Positions 12,357-25,203 of a stretch of 64,000 nt of DNA are shown piece after piece. The stretch's first letter is position 1, and the number at the start of each line of letters is the position of its first letter. The position numbers were made by a program, and so were the translations under genes. A model generated the notes under the pieces. That model was not told where the DNA came from. It saw only the letters and a list, made by a program, of their open reading frames with translations, and made no database searches. The stretch comes from Octopus vulgaris (lineage: Eukaryota): positions 104,594,001-104,658,000 of the forward strand of contig OX597820.1 of assembly GCA_951406725.2 (NCBI GenBank), in the 5' to 3' direction.

Positions 12357-13255
12357 AAAGTAAAAAAAAATATACAAACTGGGACAAGAACGTGAAACAT
12401 TTAGAAGACGACACAAAAAACACGGACGGGACATTCGAAGCCTTCAATCTTCATTCAAGAACCGGATCATCTTCGCAATTTCGGCTGATTAATCTTGAGA
12501 TTGCTCCGACCTGGGCAGCCCCAAAGGAAAATCTAAGCCAAGCGCATTAGATTCCTTGGAAGAAAGCTTCGAATGTATACAAAACAAGGACGGAAAACGG
12601 ACGATGTTACACGAATAAAAATACAAAAATACGTAAAAACAATAATGATAATAATAACAACAAAACCAGGACGTCAAGGACAAGCGTCTTTTCGACAGGA
12701 CGAGTAAAGTTTTGAGCTGGCGTTAGAAGAGTGCCTTAAGGCCACAGAGAGACAAACAAGTGTGTCTTGCCACAATGACTGCTGGACGCGAAAGAACAGC
12801 AGTTGTTGGTTGGTCACGTGAGGGAAAGAAAAAGGAAAAAGAGGGACAGAGGAAGAGAGAAAGAAGGGGAACAAGGAACGAGAGGCAGAGAAATGTAGGA
12901 GAGGGGGGACAGATGAAGAGAGAAAGAAAGAAGGGGAACAAGGAACAAGGGAGGAGGAGAAGAGAGAGGGAGAAAGAGACAGATCAAGTGGAGTGCAAAG
13001 TGTGAAGGCAGAGAAATGTAGGAGAGGGGGGAGAGAGACAGTGTTGTAGAGTCGTACCATGTGTTAAAGAATATATACTTACGTATAGGGTCAAAAAGGA
13101 GTACGTAGCCGCTTATGTACATATGTAAAAGTAAAAAAATATACAAACTGGGACAAGAACGTGAAACATTTAGAAGACGACACAAAAAACACGGACGGGA
13201 CATTCGAAGCCTTCAATCTTCAGCCAAGAACCGGATCATCTTCGCAATTTCGGCT
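12352..13255 (-). mobile_element. Non-coding PLE/retrozyme-like element with about 135-bp terminal direct repeats (769-bp period), flanked by (TA)n
   Basis: 12352-12486 is repeated at about 13121-13255; contains the rearranged hammerhead-like motif. Confidence 0.65.
12448..12520 (-). ncRNA. Rearranged hammerhead-like motif (first core C mutated to A)
   Basis: Sense: GGCUG-N11-GCAAUC-UCAAGA-uuaau-CAGCC-GAAAUUGC-N14-UCUUGA-AUGAAGA; the truncated repeat at about 13217-13255 has intact CUGAAGA. Confidence 0.55.
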
Positions 13256-13274
13256 ATATATATATATATATATA

Positions 13275-16200
13275 TCATCATCATCATCATCATCATCGTT
13301 TAACGTCCGCTTTCCATGCTAGCATGGGTTGGACGATTTTGACTGAGGGCTGGCGAACCAGATGGCTGCACCAGACTCCAGTCTTGATTTGGCAGAGTTT
13401 CTACAGCTGGATGCCCTTCCTAACGCCAACCACTCCAAGAGTGTAGTGGGTGCTTTTACGTGCCACCGGCACGGGGGCCAGTCAGGCGGTACTGGCAACG
13501 ACCTCGCCCGAATCCTTTTATACATGCCACCAGCACAGGTGCCAGAAGGCGATTTTGGTAACGATCACGCTCGGATGGTGCTCTTGGCACTCTACTAGCA
13601 CGAGCACAAGTGCCAATAAGGCGACGCTGGTAACGATCACGCTCGAATAGTGTCCTTTAAGTGCCACTGGCACGGAAGTCCGTTAGCCGCTGTCAATAAT
13701 CACGCTCGTATGGTGCTCTTTGCACCCTGCTAGCACGGACGCCAGTCATCGAATTTGATTTTTGCTTTTGATTGGTTGATTGATTTCACTTGCCTCAACA
13801 GGTCTTCGCAAGCAGAGTTTTAGAGTCCAAAGGAGGAAAAGATACGCATAAGCGGGCTGGTTACACCCCTGACATAGGCCATGAGATTATGGTTTCATTT
13901 GGCTTGCCTGGTCTTCTCACGCACGGCATATTTCCAAAGGTCTCGGTCACTAGTCATTGCCTTGGTGAGGCCTAAAGTTCGAAGGTCGTTCTTCACCACT
14001 TCATCCCAGATCTTCCTGGGTCTACCTCTTCCACAGGTTCCCTAAAACGTTATGGTGTGGCACTTTTTCACACAGCTGTCCTCGTCCATTCTTACCACGT
14101 GACCATGCCAGCGCAGTCGTCTCTCTTGCACACCACATCTGATGCTTCTTAGGTCCAACTTTTCTCTCAAGGTACCTACACTCCGTCGAGTATGCACACT
14201 GACATTATACATCTATCGGATCATACTGGCTTCATTCCTCGCGAGATTACGCATGTCCTCAGCAGTCACAGCCCATATTTCACTGGAGCTTACGCATGTC
14301 CTCAGCAGTCACATCCCATATTTCACTGCCATGTTGAATGGCTGTTCGTACACAAGCGTCATACAGTCTACCTTTTACACTGAGTGAAAAGCCCTTTATC
14401 ACCAGCAGAGGTAAGAGCTCTCTGAACTTTGCCCAGGCTATTCTTATTCTAGCAGCTACACTTTCAGTGCACCCCTGCTACTGCTACCTAGGTAACGGAA
14501 GCTATCAACCACTTCTAGTTTTTCTCCCTGGAATGTGGTGGAAGTTGTTCTCTGCGCATTTTCAGTGTTTATTGCTCCTGAGCATCTGCCACATACAAAA
14601 ACTATCTTCCCCGTTAGCCACATTTTGATATTACTGCACCTCTTATGTGTCCATAGCTTACACTGGGTGTATCTTATAGAGTTTCTACCTACACCCCTAC
14701 TACAGATTGAGCAGGGCCATCTACCTGAAGGGATTTGTGGTTTGCCTGCCTCCTTACATATTAGGACTTTGGTTTTAGCTAGGTTGATTCTAAGGACCTT
14801 CGATTCTAATCATTGTTTCCACACTTGAAACTTCGCCTCTAGTTCTGATGGTGACTCAGCAATTAGAGCAAGGTCATCAGCATAGAGGAACTCCCAGGGG
14901 CATCCTGTCTTGAATTCCTCCGTTATTGCTTGGATGACTATGATAAATAGGTGGGGGCTGAGAACTGAACCTTGGTGGACCCCTACGTCTACCATGAATT
15001 CTTCAGTGTACTCGTTGCCAACCCTCACCTTACTTACAGCGTCCCTGTACATGCCTTGCACAGCTCTCACTAACCATTCATCTATCCCTAGTTTCCTCAT
15101 TGACCACTAGATAAGGGATCGGGGGACCCTGTCAAAGGCTTTCTCCATGTCAACAAAAGCCAGGTACAGAGGTTTATCTTAGGATAGGTATTTCTCCTGC
15201 AGCTGTCTTACCAGAAATATGGCATCAGTGGTGCTTTTCCCTGGCACGAAACCAAACTGCATATCATCCAAGCTGACTCTCTCTCTAATCAGTTGGGCTA
15301 TGACCCTCTCCGTAACCTTCATTACCTGATTCAACAGCTTGATACCTCTGTAATTATTTGTATCTAAAGCTTAACTTTTACCTTTGTAGCAGTTGACTAT
15401 TATGCTGCTACACCAGTCATTGGGTATGACTTCTTCGAGCATCACCTGATTAACTATACGGGTGACTAGGCTATAGCCGACATTGCCAGATATTTTGAGC
15501 ATCTCCGCAGTAATTCCTGATGGGCCTGGGGCTTTCCCTGTTTTCATGCTTCTAATTGCCTTAACTACCTAGGAACTGTCAACTCAGATAGCTGGTCCCT
15601 CTGTTGGGTCGATGTTCGGCAGACTCTCTTTATCCCATCCATTTTCCTTATTCAGCAACCTTTCATAGTGGTGTCGCGAAACCTCTCTCTTTGCATCCTC
15701 ATTCAGCGCAAGTGAACCGTCATCCATGCGAACACATTTCTCTCCTACCACATCACGATTCTCTCTCACACACTGTCTTGCAACACGAAATACCTCAAAT
15801 CTTTCGTCCTCACGGCGCAGAACATTGGCAAATCTTTTCTTATCTGCTTCCCCTCTGGCTAAATATACCTGCCTCCTAGGTTCCCTTCTGGCAGTCTGAT
15901 ACACTTCCCTGCTACCGCCGTTCTCCCAGTCCTTTCAAGCCTGTTTCTTTTGTCTAATAGCCCTGTCAACAACATTGTTCCACCACCACGTTATTTTGGG
16001 TCGGGAGGGGACTTTGCACCATCCACAGATCTGGTCGGTGGCCCTTAGCAGGTTGTCCTGTAGGAACCTCCAGTGTTTTCTATACCATGTGAAGCTATAT
16101 CCCCTTCTATTTCGTCAAAGGCTTCGAGTAATATGTCTCTAAATCTCTGTCCATTTGCAGGATCTTTAAGTCTCCAGACCTTTCTTCTCCTTGATGGTCG

Positions 16201-16521
16201 TCTTCTGGGCATCCATTTAGCCCTGATCCCGAAGTCACTAACTACTAGTCTATGTTGTGGGGTACATTCTTCGCCTGGGAAGGTTTTGGCATTTTTAAGC
16301 AGCCATCTTTCCCTTTTTCTGGTGAGGATGTAGTCGATCTGACTAGTGTGTCTGCCAGAGCGGTAGGTGACTAAGTGGCAGGAAGGTTTTCTGAAGTTAG
16401 TGTTGCAAACCATAAGTTCATTTGCGTCAAATAACTCCAGCAGCCTGGTTCCCTCCTCATTGCGAGAGCTAAAACCATAGCCTCCATGTATGTCATGGAA
16501 GCCCCCGACATGTTGTCCAAC
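13275..16521 (-). mobile_element. RTE-clade LINE, 5'-truncated and degraded, with (GAT)n tail
   Basis: SQIDYIL, QHRLVV (APE C-terminus); GVHQGSVLSP, LYADD (RT); LRWHGHV; 3' hairpin ccatgctagcatgg followed by (GAT)n. Confidence 0.9.
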
Positions 16522-16801
16522 ATATATATATACATATATAGTATTACATACATATGAGAGGGATTACCTCAATGTGGACACCCTAATATATATATATGTA
16601 GACTTTTTAATCATCTCATAATAATGACTTTTATGACTTTTATTACTACCTCAGTCCTTCTAAATGTATATATCTGTCGTTACCTTTCATAAAAAGCCCT
16701 TTTCTTTTTTTTATTTACAATGTGCATTTTCTTTGATTTTTCTTATTTTCCCCTTACATTTCCACGTGTATTTTATATTTTCTTTTTATAACATATTTCT
16801 A

Positions 16802-16802
16802 C

Positions 16803-16837
<35 letters not shown>

Positions 16838-16839
16838 AG

Positions 16840-16887
<48 letters not shown>

Positions 16888-16893
16888 AGATAT

Positions 16894-16940
<47 letters not shown>

Positions 16941-16945
16941 ATATG

Positions 16946-16982
<37 letters not shown>

Positions 16983-16984
16983 AG

Positions 16985-17030
<46 letters not shown>

Positions 17031-17035
17031 ATATG

Positions 17036-17068
<33 letters not shown>

Positions 17069-17070
17069 AG

Positions 17071-17112
<42 letters not shown>

Positions 17113-17153
17113 AGATATGTATATATATATATATGTATGTATGTATAGATATG

Positions 17154-17236
<83 letters not shown>

Positions 17237-17529
17237 AGATATGTATATATATATATGTATAGATATGTATGTATGTATAGATATGTATATATATATATAT
17301 GTATAGATATGTATGTATGTATAGATATGTATATATATATATATGTATAGATATGTATATATATATATATGTATAGATATGTATGTATATATATATATAT
17401 GTATAGATATGCATAAATATATGTATATATATATGCATATATATATGTATAGATATGTATAGATATGTATATATATATGTATAGATATGTATATATATAT
17501 ATAAACGTGTATATATATGTATTGATATG

Positions 17530-17566
<37 letters not shown>

Positions 17567-17588
17567 GCATGTGTATATATGTATATAA

Positions 17589-17629
<41 letters not shown>

Positions 17630-17671
17630 TGTATAGATATTTATGTATATATATATATATATGTATATGTA
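16802..17671. repeat. Compound (TA)n/(TATG)n/(TAGA) microsatellite, about 870 bp
   Basis: Direct inspection. Confidence 0.97.
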
Positions 17672-17923
17672 TAAAAATAAAAAATGGGACAAGAACCAAA
17701 ACATCCGGAGAAAAATGGGACAGCAAAACATCCGGAGAAAAATGGGACAGCAAAACATCCAGATAGACGATACAAAGAAAACATGGACGGTTCATTCAAA
17801 ATTTTCTTTCCTCAGTCGAGTACCAGAATATCTTCGCAATTTCGGCTAATTATACTCGAGATTGCTAAATCTGGCCAGCCCCAAGGAAAAACTAAGCTAA
17901 GAGCATTAGATTCCTGGGAAGAA

Positions 17924-17925
<2 letters not shown>
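17672..17925 (-). mobile_element. Fragment of the same repeat superfamily as 12352-13255 (diverged subfamily), with a 27-bp stutter at the 3' end
   Basis: Shares gcaatttcggct, gagattgct, cagccccaaggaaaa and gcattagattcc; aaaatgggacagcaaaacatcc repeated 2-3 times. Confidence 0.7.
17809..17880 (-). ncRNA. Rearranged hammerhead-like motif, core nucleotides intact
   Basis: Sense: GGCUGG-N9-GCAAUC-UCGAGUA-uaa-UUAGCC-GAAAUUGC-N13-UACUCGA-CUGAGGA. Confidence 0.65.
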
Positions 17926-17974
<49 letters not shown>

Positions 17975-18257
17975 TATTAATATTTGAGGGAATAAATCCA
18001 AAACTTACAAGAAAAAAAATTCAATTTAGAAATACTAAATCAAATTTCACACAATATAATATATATCTAAATAATTAGAAAAAAAACACCTTTTATAAAT
18101 TCAAAATGAACAATTAAATTACACCATCTAGAAAATTACATATAATAGAAATATTAACATTAAAATAACAATAAAGTGTCAATGATTAAATAAATTGCAA
18201 TAATAATAATAATAATAATAATAACAATAATAATAATAACGCATATAAATTGTAGAA

Positions 18258-18346
18258 TAACGACACGTGTTTCGTGGCTATATTTAAGAAATAATCATAG
18301 TGGTAGAGAAATCACTTCGATATAAATATAGTCACTCATCAGGTTA
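18258..18346 (-). ncRNA. Type I hammerhead ribozyme (minimal palindromic stem III, long stem II)
   Basis: UAAC CUGAUGA GUGACUAUAUUUA..UAAAUAUAGCCAC GAAAC ACGU GUC GUUA. Confidence 0.85.
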
Positions 18347-18801
18347 AAAATAAACTAGAACAATAAAATAATTAATTAATAAATATACTTTAATATATAT
18401 ATATATGAAAATACTAAATATACATAAGTGAAAACTAAAACAATACTTAAATTATTAAATACTTTAAAATTAAATAAAATACACAAAGCTAGTACAAGTC
18501 ATTAAATTGTAATCAAAATAAGAAATGGTTCAAATAGAGACAAACTCCTTAAATAAGCTAACCATATAATCAATATACATGTGTAGTATCTATAGATTTA
18601 ATATAAGAATCTATAAAAAAAACTGACTAAATATCAAATAATATAATACCAAATTAACTTAAAATTTAATATTACAAATAAATAAGCTACCTAATAATTA
18701 AATAATATATTGTCTGACTAAATAAATTCTTAAATTAAATTAAATTTAATTCGTTAGATCCCTTTATATATAAATATATATATATAAATATATATATATA
18801 A

Positions 18802-18844
<43 letters not shown>

Positions 18845-18845
18845 C

Positions 18846-18974
<129 letters not shown>

Positions 18975-18975
18975 T

Positions 18976-19035
<60 letters not shown>

Positions 19036-20536
19036 AAGGGAATTAATATGTATCAATATACATAAAAATATAATAGTGAGAATAATATTTTAATGGAAAG
19101 TAAGAAAACCTATCAGCCCCAAAATTAAAGAAAGGTGCAAAAATATTAGAATCACAGAACAATACACTAAGAAGATGTACAATCACAATCAATAGTCCTA
19201 TACAAAGCCAGTCAATAACAATAACAATGATAAACTATAACTAAATAATAATATTACAACAAACAATAATAATAACAAGAAAAATAATATTTCAAAAACA
19301 TAACGAAATAGAGAAACGATAAAATGTCAAACTTTGCTTTACGAAGTGAAAGAGTAACTGATTTTTAAAGTAGACAGTTAAAACGTTTATAAAATTTATC
19401 GCGTGGAGACTTAGAGCAAAGAAATAGAATAAATACCCAATGAAATGACAAATATTTTAATCAATGAAAAATACGAAAAAACGAAAAAACATTAAAGCCT
19501 CATGAACTAAAGAAATTTGAGAAAAAAACACAACTTATGGAGAAACTAATATGAAGACATCCAACTAAAACTAACAGGCACCTATTAATATATCAATAAC
19601 AAAATTAACCACAGCTAAACATTAATCCCAAATTAATACAAAATCCAAACGAAAAGGAGAAAAGAACGTTGCTAATTTAGTTGAGAAGATATCGCTAGAT
19701 TATAAACGTAAATAATAGTTCTTAGCGTCTATAAGAAATAAAACTCGTGGAGACGTTGCGTGGAAAAACAGAATAAAAACTATTAATGGAAAAGGCTAAA
19801 ATGAATTTTTTAATGAAATACGGGAATTATCTAAACTTCATGAATCAAATAAAATTAATAAAAATAGTAAAAATAGTATATTAAGTATTACTTGTTCAAC
19901 AACACTACCCGGACCCTACAACAAGTCGTACGCGATTATAAATATTATTATCATTAATATTATGATTATCAACATAGTTATTAACATTATTAATATTATT
20001 ATTAATTATTACCATCACTACCAAAATCCAATCTACAACAAACTGTCAACTAACGTCAAATTAATTCACAGCCGACTATCCCCCTAGCATTCAACCTTTC
20101 CTATAGTCCAAAACTCATCTCAAACTCACCATCAACAAATATTATTCGTTATTATATTTAAAATATTACTATAATTTATAATAAAACAGTAAAAAATAAT
20201 ATAATACTATTAACTAATATCTACAATAAAATAAATAAGCCACATAAGACAAAATAAGGTTTAATAATACTAAAAATAAGTTAAATGTAATATATAAGTA
20301 CATAAAATTAAAATATCATTTAATTTAACAGACTATTTACTATAAATTTAAAGTCTAAATAATAAGTAATCAAATAAAATACATATATATTATGTTGAAA
20401 ATAATTTATATTACTATAATATTTATTTAAAAATAATATAATTATTTATTTATCATTTAAATCTATTATAAAGGTACTTTAATTTATGTTTACATTTAAT
20501 TTTACGTTCGTCCAAAGAGTTATCAACGCACAATTG

Positions 20537-21584
20537 TTATGAAATAATATCTGCCCTAATTTCGTTATTACAAAGAGAACAACTATTACTCCCTATAGTA
20601 TATGATTTAGTCCTACAAATAATATCCCGATTTAATTTATTTTTAATAGATCTAAATTTAAGGTTCCAAATATATTTATTGAAACCTGTTGAGTTTATAA
20701 GATTTTTATTCCTAAAAGAATACATTTGTTGGGAAATTCTATTTTTAATTTTATTCGAAGTAGACCCTATATAAATAGTATTTAAATTATGATGATTCAA
20801 ATTCTTATCATCTATTATAGTTACCCTACATCTATAGACTACATTATCTAAATTACAATAATTTTTCAATTTACATGTAGACTTATCCCTGCATGTACAA
20901 GAAATCAACTCTTGGTCTTTATTATTATAATTAGAATTAATATTTAATCTATCTTTATAAAATTTCTTTAATTTAAAAATATTACATGAAGAAATTATAT
21001 TACCAACATTATTAGTTGTAGAATAACCTACTCCCAAATTATCTTTAGAAAAATGTTATAATATTTTTTATTATCTCTAATAAATATTTCAATTATATGT
21101 AAAATCTCTTTTATAAGATTTGTTTTAACCTGAGTCCCAAAAGGAATAATTAACCAAATTTTATTTTTATTTATATCTTTTACATTATGATTATAATTAA
21201 TATTATTATTATTATTATTACTATCATTATAATTATTATTATAACTATCATTATTATTACTATAATTATTTACAATATTATTAAATTTATTACCTTCTTT
21301 AACTGAATTAAATTTAATCTTATTTTTATTTATACTTTTATTTTTATTATTATTACCATACTTTTTATTTTTTATTCTAATATTAAATTTAAGATTTCCA
21401 TCATCAAAATTCCTATTATTATTAAGGCGATAAGTTCCTAAATAAGATTTATCATAACACAAACAATTAGGTTTATCATTATAAAAATCATTTAAATAAT
21501 TATCTTTTAAATTATAATTACGTTTACAAATATTAAAGAATTTAATATTATTATTGTATCCAGCCTCATTCAGGGCTTTAGTAT
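20537..21584 (-). pseudogene. PLE linker plus GIY-YIG endonuclease remnant
   Basis: YTKALNEAGY; KIWLIIPFGTQVKTN; CTCRDKSTCKLKNYC; VVYRC..IYIGST..KNR; KYIWNLK; CSLCNNE. Confidence 0.82.
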
Positions 21585-21605
21585 GTTTGTATGTATGTGT
21601 ATAAA

Positions 21606-21950
21606 CGAGTGGAACTCAAAACTTATCCGCACTTTTGCCATAACATATCCTTATTTGTGGCCACGTGATCGGAGTTTGAGCCTGATCGCACCATTTTTTT
21701 CCTGGTTTTACAGTGTAAGCATGGTTGCTCCGCTAGCAATGTGCACCAAGGAAGAACAAAGAGCAGTGATCCGATTTCTCTGGTTGGAAGGTGTGTCAGA
21801 TGCTGAAATTCATCGGAGACTTTTAGCACAATACGGGAACAGTGCCCTTCCGCGTAGAAGTGTGTATGAGTGGATTGAGAAGTTTAAAAGTGGCCGAACA
21901 AGCGTGACGCACGAAGAGGGACCAGGACGCCCGTCAATCTCCACCAATCG
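21606..21950 (+). mobile_element. mariner 5' fragment (HTH domain)
   Basis: EQRAVIRFLWLEGVSDAEIHRRL..VYEWIEKFKSGRTSV..GPGRP. Confidence 0.88.
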
Positions 21951-22059
21951 ATCAGGTGACCACAGTAGTACCAACTATGAAAATGCTTGCGCAGAAGGTA
22001 GTGTGACAATAATAAAGATATGTTATTGCGAAAGTACGGATAATTTTCGACTTCCCCTC

Positions 22060-22095
<36 letters not shown>

Positions 22096-22134
22096 GTGCA
22101 GCACGAAGCTTTATCCGTGAACATATATATATAT

Positions 22135-23213
22135 AGGGTGCTGTGAATAAATTACGTAAAAATGAAAATAAAATTGACACCTCATTTAATAGATATATAT
22201 CTTGAAATATTAAAGAGTAAATTTATTCAATAAATCGCCATTGGTTCAACCACCACTCCGGAATCTCCTGCAACTATTCTGGACGGTCTCCTTGTTTAAG
22301 TTGGTAAACGCTGCCATAATCCTTGCCTTCAGTTTATCGTTAGTGTTACATGCAGTTTTGTTTGTCTCTCGCTCAACTACGCCCAACACATATTAATCAA
22401 GAGTTTGCAGTCTGGAGCGTTAGGTGGCCAGATGTTAGGCGTGATGTTGTCGCAGAAATTATCTGACAGCCATGACTGGGTTCTCCTGCTTGTGTGGCAT
22501 GGTTCAGGGTCCTGTTGCCAGACATAGGGTCCTCCAGCAACAACTCTCTTGACCCAGGACAGCATACATCTTCCAGGCACTTAATGTAGGCTTCCGTGTG
22601 GCCGTGTGGGAAGATGAATGGAGGCATAACGTCACCATCACTAGTGATCACTCCAAAGACCAAGATGTTGACCGGATGTTTGATTTTTATCACTCGGTAC
22701 ATGTTCTGAGGACACGGCAAGCCAAAGGTTGTTCTGTGTGTTCACCAACTGGTCCTGGTAGAAATTTTCTCATCTGAGAAAAACCAAAGCATGTTCGGTT
22801 GGAGGGGATGCTTGGGTTTATTCAAAAGCTTCACAGCGCAGTCTTTCTTTTTGTTCTTGATGGCTTGGGATAAAAATTGGCCCTTTCTCATCTTGTATGA
22901 AGAATACCGAATATCTTCATGCACTACCTGCCTGATAAGAAACTCAGACACTCCCATGTCCCTGGCAATGGACCTGATTGAGTAATCACTGTCAATCATG
23001 GCCTGGATCTCACCAACAAATTCGGGAGTTCTTTTTTTATCAAAACAATCCGAGCTGATATATCTTCATAATCACCATTAGACTTATTCAACACTTTCGG
23101 AATCCTCTGCGTTGTCCTCAGATTGACACCTAAGCACTCTGAAGCTTCCGGTGCAAATGCCAAGCAGCACAGCAAAATTAAAAATATAAAATGACGACAA
23201 TTTACCCATTGTG

Positions 23214-23217
<4 letters not shown>
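22135..23217 (-). mobile_element. Tc1/mariner superfamily element, DD37D (maT)-like, degraded
   Basis: WFFSDEK, VFGVITSDG, WQQD..H, WPPNAPDC; spacing fits 37 residues although the third D is mutated; degenerate TIRs inside (TA)n. Confidence 0.8.
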
Positions 23218-23281
<64 letters not shown>

Positions 23282-23349
23282 GTGTGTGTGTCTGTCTGTC
23301 TGTGTGTGTATGTGTGTATGTGTGTGAGTGTTATTTGATGTACCACACC

Positions 23350-24420
23350 CACAGGCATCGCTGATAATAGATCTCCAAGCCATTGTCAGCAGATTTGTGA
23401 TTTTCCTTGGGAAAATACTTACCTGATTTACCATTCCTCTAGTGTTTTTATTTACTAGCTTACTCTGCTCGTCTCTTCTCAAGACCGGCATCGACTCGCT
23501 ATCTCTTTAGGCATCATTTAGTGATGCTACATAGACACAGCTACAGTTATTAATGAGCTGATCTTTAATCGATGAGATCAACTCTTCCCTAATTCCACGA
23601 TAAATTTCTTAATTTGACAGCGCATTGGTTATAATTTATAATTTGAATGTTGTGGGGCTGATGCATGCAGTCGATATTTGAATAGTTCATCCAACCGTGA
23701 TAAGGGCGTTTATTTTGTTTGTTTGTTTGTTCGTGTCACGCCTCTCCTTATCTCTACTCTGATGGGAATGGCATTCAGTTAAGCGGTCTTCGCTGACTGT
23801 ACGATGTGTTCTGATCATCATTCCCTCCGAATAGCTTTTTACATTTTTAAGTGCTAAATCTATAAGCATTACAAAAAGAAGTAGAGAAGTAGGTACCCAC
23901 CTCTTGTGGGTGTCAGCTGGTTGTGAATTCTTTGGTGGTAAACTGCATGAGTGCTTATCCAAAATATTGCCTTAAAAGTTCCCTCACACATCTTGAAATG
24001 CAGAAAGAAGTCAATATTTCAAGTATCAATACATGGATAACTGACTCATGGGTTATAAGTCATGCCAAATAACGAGAGTCTGTCCTTCCTTCTTAACACA
24101 TTGAATAGAGCTCCTACTTAGCCGGACATGTTTAAAGCTGACTGAAAATCCAAGAGCATCGACTTTGTAAACATATACTCATGTATTTTTCAATGCGAGG
24201 AAGCTTGAAATCCATTTCGCCAGCACTCAAAATTTCTTCACCATTTCAATGAGACGAGACCCTATCAAATGGCATTGGTAAAACTAATGATGTCTACTCC
24301 TACTGCAGATCCTCTGTAAATTACGAGTCCCGTACTGAGATTCCTTCTCTCTATGATCGCTGCCGTCAGAGCAACAAGACACTGAGAATTCTAGATCAGT
24401 GTTTATGAATTTTGTATAAG
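23350..24420 (-). mobile_element. Highly degraded CR1/L2-like RT remnant
   Basis: Only scattered motifs on the minus strand (VD..F..FDRV-like, KWISSFL, LE.RR-like). Confidence 0.45.
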
Positions 24421-24979
24421 GTATTATTATTGCTTCTTTGACGCTTATACGTCAATTCTCTACATGGATATATGTGTGTGCGTCAGTGTGTATGTATGCA
24501 TATATGTATGTCTATATAGAGAGACAGAGGGGGAGAGAGTGAGAAAGAGAGAGTTGGTGTGCTCGAATTAGGCATTTCACTTTTGGCAAGGGAGAATAGG
24601 GGAAATAGACGAAGTAGACGCAGTAAGTTTATCTCTTGACTAGTTCTAAGTTAATGGTTGCAGGACAAAAATGGGCTGGAAATTGATTGCGAGGTTTCGC
24701 TTGTTCTGAGAGAAGCGGACTGAGCATAATTGATTAAAATGGTGAAATTGCGCTGGAATAAACTGTATGTGGGTGACGGGATGAGGAGAGACGAGTGATC
24801 TGGAAGAGCCTCAGTGAATGTGACTGGATACTAGTTATATTTGATAATCAGATACCATTGTAGTTATGTAGAAAAACAGGGAAACAAGGACATCAGGCAT
24901 CTGTAGACCAAAATGTGAGCTCTGTATAAGAAATCTGAGGCGATGTCGTCTAGTATTTTCTTTCGAAAAAAACAAAAAA

Positions 24980-25203
24980 CGAGGAGATACTGAAAAGTTC
25001 CTGGTTTTGGGTAAAAGAAAATACAGGAAGATCAGTTAATTATGATTTTATTCAACATCTTCACCATTCAGCTTCACATCACTTATTGCAGTGATCTTTC
25101 AGGGTTTTTTTTTCTAAATCCTGTAAAAGAGCTAGGACGGGTGGGCCTCCAACCAGGCTTTCCGCAGGATCCTTAAAGCCAGGAACTTTTCAGCACTCCC
25201 TCA
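24980..25203. mobile_element. mariner-derived MITE
   Basis: cgaggagatactgaaaagttcctgg ... ccaggaacttttcagcactccctca; sibling at 31894-32121. Confidence 0.75.

Noticed and set aside
16664-17795. Long YI/IY-rich ORFs (also near 18.7, 35.5, 57.5, 58.1 and 62.3 kb)
   Set aside because: Translations of (TA)n/(TG)n microsatellites, not genes
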